This document shows positions 9,239 to 16,564 of a stretch of 33,578 nucleotides of DNA, one piece after another. The notes under the pieces are model-generated. The model was given only the letters and a program-made list of their open reading frames with translations. It was not told the origin of the DNA and made no database searches. Position numbers and translations under genes: made by a program. How positions within the stretch are numbered: the first letter of the stretch is position 1; each line of letters starts with the position of its first letter. The DNA comes from a virus: the IMG/VR virus record IMGVR_UViG_3300020185_000016. One strand, written 5' to 3'.

Positions 9239-9267
9239 ATATTAACATATTATAACCCAAAAGTAAA
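9239..9267 (-). promoter_or_regulatory. Sigma70-type promoter for the sulfotransferase-like/kdsB operon
   Basis: TTTACT-N17-TAATAT. Confidence 0.55.
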
Positions 9268-9337
9268 CACTTATTTTGAAAATAAATGATACTAAAATAA
9301 CACACTTTATAAGTTTAAAAAAAAAAATTAATTAATT

Positions 9338-9378
9338 GCGTTTTAGGGGTTTACATTCCTTTTCATATACGGTATAAA
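9338..9378 (+). promoter_or_regulatory. Early-type promoter on the plus strand
   Basis: GCGTTTTAGGGG-TTTACA-N17-TATAAA with an upstream A-tract; same upstream motif as 29561-29578. Confidence 0.75.
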
Positions 9379-9407
9379 AATGTATAAGATGAAACAAAGG
9401 AAACAAC

Positions 9408-9764
9408 ATGACAAATACACATACCGATTATGACAATAACGAATTCTTCAATGCGCTTGCTGTTAAGCTGGCTGATGAGGGGTTTGAAGATACTTCATAC
9501 GGCAATGATACGTGTCCATCACTTGGTTTAGAATTTGATCATGCTGGCCAAGAAGGTTTTATCCAGATTTTTATTGAATATGTAAATCCAGATCTTCGTG
9601 AATATCCACTCGAAGATAGCGAAGATTGTGTTATTATTAATTTCAGCATTGATGGTGATTTTATTCATAGTATGGCTTTAACCCATTTTAATATTGAAGA
9701 CACTCTTGCGCTAGTTGAAAAAATGCGCAAATATGTTTTGGAACAAATTCTTACAGTAGAATAA
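9408..9764 (+). CDS. Acidic hypothetical protein; only credible plus-strand gene
   Basis: AAAGGAAAC RBS, own promoter and terminator; D-T-S-Y-G-N-D-T-C-P-S motif. Confidence 0.8.
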   Translation: MTNTHTDYDNNEFFNALAVKLADEGFEDTSYGNDTCPSLGLEFDHAGQEGFIQIFIEYVNPDLREYPLEDSEDCVIINFSIDGDFIHSMALTHFNIEDTLALVEKMRKYVLEQILTVE

Positions 9765-9783
9765 TAAGAATTTAATATTTTTT

Positions 9784-9814
9784 AAAAAGCGGTGAATTTC
9801 GGTTCATCGCTTTT
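9784..9814. terminator. Bidirectional intrinsic terminator
   Basis: AAAAAGCGGTGAAT-TTCG-GTTCATCGCTTTT between convergent genes. Confidence 0.85.
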
Positions 9815-10595
9815 AATCTTTTAATTCGTACTTAAGGGCCGGACCGGATTCATATCCAATAATACTAATATCATCCGGAACAAAACTATAAATGTCTGTT
9901 TGATCAGTAAATTTAATTATTGGTTTAGCATCTAATATAGGGCGCGCAATTTGTTCTTTTGCATTATCAATATGCTCTTCATAGATATGGGCGTCGCCAA
10001 CAATCATAGTAATTTTACCAGCTTTTTTATTAGATACTGATGCAAAACACATAAGCATTACAGCCGCAAAAACTGCATCACTTGGCACACCAATCATCCA
10101 ATCACCACTTCTTTGGACCCATAGCATATCTACAATACCATCGTGCTCATAAAATTGATAATTATGATGACAACATGGCAAATTCAAATCATTAAGATTA
10201 TCTGGGCGCCATCCACTAATAACCATGCGGCGGTCATGTGGATTATTAATAAGGCTATCAACCACAGCCGCCATTTGATCAACACCGTTAAAATCGCGCC
10301 ATGCATTGCCGTAATCAACATTAATAGATCCATCGGCATTTGCCCACAGATCCCAGTAATTACAACCCCATTTACGGAAATCATCAATGTGTTTTGGTCC
10401 GCGGATCATTGCGGCATATTCACCAATAACACCAGCATAAAACATTTTACGGGTAGTTAGTAAAGGAAATTCTGTTTCTAAATCAAACTCAAGTGTTTTA
10501 AACGGAAGGCTGAGCGTAGTGCCATTACGCCCCTTCCGCTCATAACCATTATTTAGAATTTCTTCAGTAACTTTTAAAAACTGCGCTTCAAACAT
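9813..10595 (-). CDS. ThyA-family thymidylate synthase homolog with Asp at the Asn177-equivalent position (possible dCMP methylase/hydroxymethylase)
   Basis: RNGTT, FPLLTTRKM, DRRMVISGW, LPCCH catalytic Cys, QRSGDWMIGVPSD, DAHIYEEH. Confidence 0.9.
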   Translation of the reverse strand: MFEAQFLKVTEEILNNGYERKGRNGTTLSLPFKTLEFDLETEFPLLTTRKMFYAGVIGEYAAMIRGPKHIDDFRKWGCNYWDLWANADGSINVDYGNAWRDFNGVDQMAAVVDSLINNPHDRRMVISGWRPDNLNDLNLPCCHHNYQFYEHDGIVDMLWVQRSGDWMIGVPSDAVFAAVMLMCFASVSNKKAGKITMIVGDAHIYEEHIDNAKEQIARPILDAKPIIKFTDQTDIYSFVPDDISIIGYESGPALKYELKD

Positions 10596-10936
10596 TAATC
10601 GATATGCTCCGGTTGATTTAGAAAATTACGACCCGGAATTTGACCATCCATTTCACCACGAAGATATGCAACAATAAATGACGAATAATTAATCATATCT
10701 TTAGCGCTATCTTCAAGGCTTTCAAAGTTAGGCTCATAGTCTTTTGATTGCATTGCTTCCATCACAGATTGAATGCGTAACATTTTCATGTGGCACATAT
10801 CAAGTAGAGTAGCTACACCATTAGGGAAATAATCCGCTTGACGGATTCTGCTATTAGGGTTTTGATAATCATTACCTTTGCGTTCTTGTAGTTCGATACA
10901 TTCATGCAAAACTGCTACACTGGCGCTAACTGTCAT
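10595..10936 (-). CDS. Nucleotide-modification-associated domain 1 (Nmad1/DUF1599-like) protein
   Basis: LQERKGNDY...MKMLRI...ESLEDSAKDMINYS pattern; TAATG-coupled to the ThyA homolog. Confidence 0.65.
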   Translation of the reverse strand: MTVSASVAVLHECIELQERKGNDYQNPNSRIRQADYFPNGVATLLDMCHMKMLRIQSVMEAMQSKDYEPNFESLEDSAKDMINYSSFIVAYLRGEMDGQIPGRNFLNQPEHID

Positions 10937-10965
10937 TATAAAGTTCTCCGTTAATATTTGATACT

Positions 10966-10994
10966 ATTATAGCATATATTTTTACAATAGTAAA
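10966..10994 (-). promoter_or_regulatory. Sigma70-type promoter for Nmad1-ThyA
   Basis: TTTACT-N17-TATAAT with extended -10 TG. Confidence 0.8.
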
Positions 10995-10996
10995 CA

Positions 10997-11533
10997 TTAA
11001 AGTGGTGTTGGGTTTTTAAAAAAGTTTTCTATATTTACAACATATTTTGCAAATTTACCAGGAATCTTTCTTTTAATTATATCAGAGGCTTTTGCAATAC
11101 CAACAAAAGTGTGGGTAACAATATCCCCTTCTTGCAATAGAATAGCTGTATTACGGTTATCCTTATAGAAAAGAATATGTGACACAAGGCCGGCCTTTAC
11201 TGCATCTTTGAAGCTGTCTTTAATTGGAAACCAAATTGAAGAAATACATTTATTATCGATGCGCATATCAGCAATATTATAATCTGGCCAAAAATTAGCT
11301 GCAGTCCCGTATTCTTCGACAGTAGTATCTTTCGGTTTTACAAGTTTATTGTGGAGGAGCCACCATTCCAATAGTTCATAATCAATTCCAAGTTCGCCCA
11401 ATTCATAGTTAGATTCGCTTGCTTTTTTATTGCGGTACTCAATAAAATCTTTATCTACAACAATTTTAGCATTATTAATAAGAAGATTTAATTTACAAGC
11501 AATTTCATTATAATCAATCAAAGTAGGGGACAT
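10997..11533 (-). CDS. Hypothetical protein, possible PD-(D/E)XK nuclease
   Basis: E..EWW...FWPDYNIADMRIDNK resembles a PD-x8-D-x-K active site. Start uncertain (ORF track 11569; ATG at 11533 preferred). Confidence 0.45.
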   Translation of the reverse strand: MSPTLIDYNEIACKLNLLINNAKIVVDKDFIEYRNKKASESNYELGELGIDYELLEWWLLHNKLVKPKDTTVEEYGTAANFWPDYNIADMRIDNKCISSIWFPIKDSFKDAVKAGLVSHILFYKDNRNTAILLQEGDIVTHTFVGIAKASDIIKRKIPGKFAKYVVNIENFFKNPTPL

Positions 11534-12305
11534 AGGAATACTCCACAATATCGTGTAAAATGTCTTCAAAATCTTGGAGGTTTACCATATTAGGCCCATC
11601 AGATGGAGCATTATCCGGATTAGGGTGCACCTCTAAGAAGAAGTTAGTAACACCCAAAGCAGCGGCAGCACGAGTAAGACCTGGAACGTAGTCACGATTA
11701 CCGCCAGACGAGCTGCCGTGTCCCCCAGGCTTCTGGCACGAGTGGGTAGCATCAAATACGATCGGTACCCCCAAGTTATCAAGCATGTACTGAAGGCCAT
11801 TAAAATCGACCACAAGATTATTATACCCAAAACTAGTTCCCCTTTCTGTAATCCATACTTCTTTAGCGTCTTCTGTTTTGCTAAGGATGCCTTTTATATC
11901 CCATGGCGCTAAAAACTGACCCTTTTTAATATTAATAATTTTATCAGTCATACAAGCTGCACTAATTAAATCTGTCTGACGACAAAGAAATGCCGGAATT
12001 TGAATTACATCAACTGCTTCATTGTATTTGTAAGCTATTGCAGCAATATCAGTTGTAGAATGCACATCTGTTAAAATTTTAACATTAACCGTTTCTTTTA
12101 ATGACAAAAAGTCAAGCATTGTGGGTTCAAATCCCACACCACGTATACCATCAATACTTGTACGATTAGCTTTATCATAGCTAGCTTTAAAAATATATTC
12201 AACATCATATTTTGCACAAATATCAGCACAATGCTCAGCAATATCTAATGACATTGAAAGATTTTCATGTTGGCATGGACCGGCAATAATTCGTAAAGAT
12301 TCCAT
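11514..12305 (-). CDS. kdsA: KDO-8-phosphate synthase (metal-dependent type)
   Basis: IAGPC, KASYDKANRTS, QIPAFLCRQTDL, KKGQFLAPW, ERGTSFGYNNLVVD, FDATHS, EVHPNPDNAPSDGPN. Confidence 0.96.
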   Translation of the reverse strand: MESLRIIAGPCQHENLSMSLDIAEHCADICAKYDVEYIFKASYDKANRTSIDGIRGVGFEPTMLDFLSLKETVNVKILTDVHSTTDIAAIAYKYNEAVDVIQIPAFLCRQTDLISAACMTDKIINIKKGQFLAPWDIKGILSKTEDAKEVWITERGTSFGYNNLVVDFNGLQYMLDNLGVPIVFDATHSCQKPGGHGSSSGGNRDYVPGLTRAAAALGVTNFFLEVHPNPDNAPSDGPNMVNLQDFEDILHDIVEYSYVPYFD

Positions 12306-12307
12306 AA

Positions 12308-12445
12308 TTATAATTTATCCTGTAATTCTGCAATTCGAATATAAGAATTTTGCAATTGAGCTTGTAAATCATACACATTTTTTTCTAGAATTTGAATTTT
12401 TATATTCATTTCAGCAAATGCTTTTTCAATATCTTTATTACTCAT
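12308..12445 (-). CDS. Small coiled-coil hypothetical protein (45 aa)
   Basis: Not in ORF track: MSNKDIEKAFAEMNIKIQILEKNVYDLQAQLQNSYIRIAELQDKL. GGAGAG RBS; promoter TTTACT-N17-TAAAAT at 12472-12500. Confidence 0.75.
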   Translation of the reverse strand: MSNKDIEKAFAEMNIKIQILEKNVYDLQAQLQNSYIRIAELQDKL

Positions 12446-12511
12446 ATCAATCTCTCCATATTATATATTATATTTTACTATAATTATCAAAAAAAGTAAA
12501 CAGCTATTTAA

Positions 12512-13606
12512 TTAATTCCACCCAATCTTTTCCCACGGAACATCTTTATTGCCAAAATGACCGTACGTACAGTTTTTACTATATTCATAAAAATTAAACA
12601 TATCAAATCGGTCAATAATTCCTTTAGGGCTCAGATCAATTTCTTTACGAATAAACTTTTCAATACTTTTACTATAACCATTGGATTCTACATAAATGCT
12701 GATAGGTTGTTTAACTCCAATTGCATAGCTTAATTGAATATTACACCAGTCAGCCATTTCATCTGCTACAACATTTTTAGCGAGCCAACGTGCCATATAA
12801 GCCGCGCTGCGATCTACTTTCGTGGGGTCTTTACCACTAAAAGCACCGCCGCCGTGGGGAGCAAAGCCCCCATAAGTATCAACAATAATCTTACGTCCAG
12901 TAACACCAGCATCCCCATCAGGGCCGCCAATAACAAAATTACCAGTAGGATTAATATGCCATACAGTATTTTCATCAATCATATCTCCTAAACCACAATG
13001 CAATACGGCACCCCTTGCAAGGGTCCTTGCAGTTTGAATTTCATTAGCGGCATGTTGAGTACTAATAACAATTTGGTCTACCCGTTTAGCTATACCACCT
13101 TCGTATTGTATACTAATTTGTGATTTTGCATCGGGGCCTAATATATTATCTAATAATCGAATTTCTTTCAATTCTTTAAGAATTTCATGCGCATAATAAA
13201 TAGGAGCCGGTAAATAGGCATCATTATCATTACAAGCATAGCCAAACATAATACCCTGATCCCCAGCCCCAAAATCATCGGTGCCTAATGCAATATCAGC
13301 GCTTTGTGCATGGATTTCATTGTAAATTTTTAGATTATCCCAATGAAATCCCTCTTGTTCATATCCAATTTTTTTTACTGTATTACGAACAATTTCTTTA
13401 ACTTCTTCGTTGCTCACATTAAAGTTTTTTACTTCACCGGCCAACGTTACCATATTAGTAGTTGTAAGAGTTTCAACAGCAACACGAGTTGTCTCATCGC
13501 CGGCGCGCAATCCCGCATCAACAAGGGCGTCACTGATTTGGTCTGCTACTTTATCGGGGTGGCCGTCACTAACACTTTCACTAGTAAAAATATAATTTTG
13601 ATTCAT
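12512..13606 (-). CDS. metK: S-adenosylmethionine synthetase
   Basis: FTSESVSDGHPDK, GAGDQG, GGPDGDAGVTGRKIIVDTYGG, GGGAFSGKDPTKVDRS, YGHFG. Confidence 0.98.
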   Translation of the reverse strand: MNQNYIFTSESVSDGHPDKVADQISDALVDAGLRAGDETTRVAVETLTTTNMVTLAGEVKNFNVSNEEVKEIVRNTVKKIGYEQEGFHWDNLKIYNEIHAQSADIALGTDDFGAGDQGIMFGYACNDNDAYLPAPIYYAHEILKELKEIRLLDNILGPDAKSQISIQYEGGIAKRVDQIVISTQHAANEIQTARTLARGAVLHCGLGDMIDENTVWHINPTGNFVIGGPDGDAGVTGRKIIVDTYGGFAPHGGGAFSGKDPTKVDRSAAYMARWLAKNVVADEMADWCNIQLSYAIGVKQPISIYVESNGYSKSIEKFIRKEIDLSPKGIIDRFDMFNFYEYSKNCTYGHFGNKDVPWEKIGWN

Positions 13607-13608
13607 AA

Positions 13609-14424
13609 TTATTTCTTTTTTCTAAGTGGTAGGGCAATATCCACATCATCATCAATACATTGTTTACCATATTGTAATTCTACTATATGCGAAGCAATTT
13701 TAAATGGATTACTTGCTTCATACCAAGATTTAGCTGGAATAACTTGTGGTGGATCTTGTGGAGTTAATATTTTTTTATCTAAACCCCTATGTAGGTTTAG
13801 CTGAGTTTGCCCCTGTATTTGTGTCCAAAGTTCACTTCTATTTTTATGGCGTTGATTCATTAATGACTTTTTAGGCAAAATCATTAATTCTCTTAATTTA
13901 TAATGTAATCCTGTTTTTGGATCCACACCTTCGGCTAATATTCTATACCAGCCCCATTCCTGTAAAGTTTTTGCGCTTCTCCATTCATCAAGAATTTCAA
14001 AAGATGAATTAACTACTTCTCTGCCCACATCAAAAACAAAGGTTACTTGGGGGTTATCAATAAGTGGTTTATTATCTTCGGGTGGTTTGCTATAACCATT
14101 AGCACATATAATATCAGCTTTAGGATATTCTAGCATTATTTGTTGAATAAATTTAAGAGCAGTATCATCAGCATCCATATCAGAGGTAAAACAAACTGCT
14201 TTATTTACAAAACCAAGTTCCGCAATAATAGCATGTCTATCTTCTATATCAAGAAACGGCCGACCCCGACGTCGGGTCAACCGCTCATTAGAATGAATTC
14301 CAACAATAAGCATATCGCCAAGGCGAGCTGCTTCTTTTAAGTATTTAATATGTCCTTTATGTAATGGGTCAAACCCACCTGTTGCAAGAACAATTTTCTT
14401 TTTTCTAAACGGTTTTATACGCAT
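13609..14424 (-). CDS. Cytidylyltransferase fused to a cupin (mannose-6-phosphate isomerase-like) domain
   Basis: TGGFDPLHKGH; C-terminal WGWYRIL...QRHKNRSELW...IVELQYG. Confidence 0.8.
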   Translation of the reverse strand: MRIKPFRKKKIVLATGGFDPLHKGHIKYLKEAARLGDMLIVGIHSNERLTRRRGRPFLDIEDRHAIIAELGFVNKAVCFTSDMDADDTALKFIQQIMLEYPKADIICANGYSKPPEDNKPLIDNPQVTFVFDVGREVVNSSFEILDEWRSAKTLQEWGWYRILAEGVDPKTGLHYKLRELMILPKKSLMNQRHKNRSELWTQIQGQTQLNLHRGLDKKILTPQDPPQVIPAKSWYEASNPFKIASHIVELQYGKQCIDDDVDIALPLRKKK

Positions 14425-15346
14425 ATTCTATAGCCCTGTCTGCTTCTACTTGCAAGTTTCTTGATTCATATATTCGGGCAGTATCGTTATCTAATTCTCT
14501 TATAATATCTGCAATTTCATATGATGTTATTGGGTATTGTCGTCTAATAGCGCTAATTGCTATTGAGCTCATAATCTTATATATCATTCTATATCGGCCG
14601 CTGCCATCAGTAAAAGCCATTGTACGGTATTCATCAATTAATTTCTTTGAAACAAACGGACAATCACGATAACCATCCCAATGAATATTACTTTTTTCTA
14701 ATTGGTTAGCTCTAAAACTAACTATTTGTTTTTGTATTTCAGTCGGAAGCCTATCAATAAAATTTGCACTATGTTTTTTTTCTTCATACGGATGCTTGTC
14801 CATTAACCGATAGGGATTAATAGATGCGCCGTCAAGGTTAGAAAAAATAAAATTGTTACTATTAGCATAAGTTGCAGGCACGTAATACATACGAGAAAGG
14901 TCTTTAGTCTGCGTATCTCCGAGTCTGCCGATCTCTGTATTAAGGCTGTGCCAAAAATGTTTGATTCGTGAGCTTTCAACATGCGTCTCAAGAGGGAAGA
15001 CGAGGCGAAACTTCGGTAAAGAATTAGTACTGCTAGCAGTGCTATAACACACGTACCGATAATGGCCGAAATTAGTATATAACTCATCTTTTAAGTTACC
15101 CTTGAACTCATGATCGTCAACATCAGCAGCAGCCCAACCTGCCCAAGCCAATACATTAGCATTGGCTCTAGTTGTGCCAGCCTGGTAAGTAGCTGGAGAA
15201 ATAAGTTCTGCATCTTTTTTTCCATTTCGTTTAATATCAGACAATTTATATAAAAAGGATTCAAACGCATCAAAATCTTCGAAATCCATTTTTCGATGCG
15301 TTGCGTTATCAAATATAGATTTAAAAATCGTAGAAGAAATATTCAT
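14405..15346 (-). CDS. Archaeo-eukaryotic primase (PrimPol)-like protein
   Basis: LISPATY, RANANV, AAADVDD (DxD), YSTASS, PKFRLVFPL, KDLSRMYYVP. Confidence 0.7.
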   Translation of the reverse strand: MNISSTIFKSIFDNATHRKMDFEDFDAFESFLYKLSDIKRNGKKDAELISPATYQAGTTRANANVLAWAGWAAADVDDHEFKGNLKDELYTNFGHYRYVCYSTASSTNSLPKFRLVFPLETHVESSRIKHFWHSLNTEIGRLGDTQTKDLSRMYYVPATYANSNNFIFSNLDGASINPYRLMDKHPYEEKKHSANFIDRLPTEIQKQIVSFRANQLEKSNIHWDGYRDCPFVSKKLIDEYRTMAFTDGSGRYRMIYKIMSSIAISAIRRQYPITSYEIADIIRELDNDTARIYESRNLQVEADRAIEYAYKTV

Positions 15347-15374
15347 GATATTATCTAATTCACCAATTATAAGT

Positions 15375-15794
15375 TTAGTCGTTAAGAAGTGCTTTGTTTA
15401 AATCGCCGTGATTACCTATATGACTCGGAGCTACCCACCCATCCGGCTTAATAAGGTCCGGAAGTCCGAATTTGTTCGGACGACCTTCTTTTACACCTGG
15501 TGATTTAGCCATATTTGCTTCATACACTCGATCCCACGCGTCATTAGCATCAACACCAAATACATCAAGAGTACCAATAGCAAATACACACAAGTCAATA
15601 AGGCCATCAACAATTTCTTCTGGATCTTTTGCATCCAGCGCGTCAAGTGTTTCGTCTAGTTCTTCTTTGCACATCGACAAGCGGAATTTTAAATATTTAT
15701 CCATCAATTCTTTATTATTACAATTAGCAAGGAACCAATCCCTAACACCAAATTTATTATGCATCATATAGATGTCATTTACCCAGTCACTCAT
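15375..15794 (-). CDS. All-alpha NTP pyrophosphohydrolase (MazG/PRA-PH-like; dUTPase/dCTPase candidate)
   Basis: EELDE..EEIVDGLID (ExxE..ExxD), ANMAK, DLIKPDGWVAP. Confidence 0.8.
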   Translation of the reverse strand: MSDWVNDIYMMHNKFGVRDWFLANCNNKELMDKYLKFRLSMCKEELDETLDALDAKDPEEIVDGLIDLCVFAIGTLDVFGVDANDAWDRVYEANMAKSPGVKEGRPNKFGLPDLIKPDGWVAPSHIGNHGDLNKALLND

Positions 15795-15825
15795 AATATA
15801 TCCTCTTATTATAATTTATAATACT

Positions 15826-15854
15826 ATTATACCACACCCGCAAACCGATGTACA
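15826..15854 (-). promoter_or_regulatory. Sigma70-type promoter
   Basis: TGTACA-N17-TATAAT with extended -10 TG, inside the 3' end of the HAD gene. Confidence 0.7.
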
Positions 15855-16564
15855 TCAGAATTTTCAATTGCCCAAAGAATCCTTTGGGTATCTTGCCAGT
15901 CTTTTACATGAAATGCTTCTGAACCCGGACGATCCTTAATAGCGGCTTTAAGAGGGAAATCATTACCACCCCAATCCATACTATCTCCGAAGAAATAAAT
16001 GGGACCACTTAACCGATCTGCTAACTGACGCTTATCAAAACCAATAGGGGCAATATCCAGACCGGTTTCGCCAGCAATTTGGGCAACTACACCTGCCCCA
16101 ACAAACCGTTCATTAAAGGCAGAAGCAATTTGCAAACGATCACCGGTATGATAATCCCATTCTACATAAGCGGCTCTTTGTTCAAGATTACAATTTCTTC
16201 CAACAATACTAAAATTAACCAAGCCCGGCCGGTGATCAATGTGCAAGCCGGTTTTATGAAAAAATTTATTTTCCACAACTTGATTATTTAGCCAGTTTTG
16301 AATAGCTTTTGGAAGAACCCAATCCGAACTTTCAATTTCTATTCCTTTTTTCCAAATTGAATTACCAGAACAATTATGAATTTCCCTTACGCTATTACAT
16401 ATTTTATCTCCGAGCTGCGCATATGTTTTAGCATAATCGGATCCAGTAATAAGATATACTGTATTATTTTTTACAAAGTTCAAGAAAAATGTTTTAAAGT
16501 CTTTATCCATTTTTTGACGGCTTGGCGTAAGCGTACCGTCCACATCAAAAACATAATTAATCAT
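15827..16564 (-). CDS. HAD-IIB phosphomannomutase-like hydrolase
   Basis: FDVDGTLTPSR, ITGSD, NFSIVGRN, FFGDSMDWGGND. Start re-assigned to the ATG overlapping the gp43 stop (TAATG). Confidence 0.85.
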   Translation of the reverse strand: MINYVFDVDGTLTPSRQKMDKDFKTFFLNFVKNNTVYLITGSDYAKTYAQLGDKICNSVREIHNCSGNSIWKKGIEIESSDWVLPKAIQNWLNNQVVENKFFHKTGLHIDHRPGLVNFSIVGRNCNLEQRAAYVEWDYHTGDRLQIASAFNERFVGAGVVAQIAGETGLDIAPIGFDKRQLADRLSGPIYFFGDSMDWGGNDFPLKAAIKDRPGSEAFHVKDWQDTQRILWAIENSDVHRFAGVV

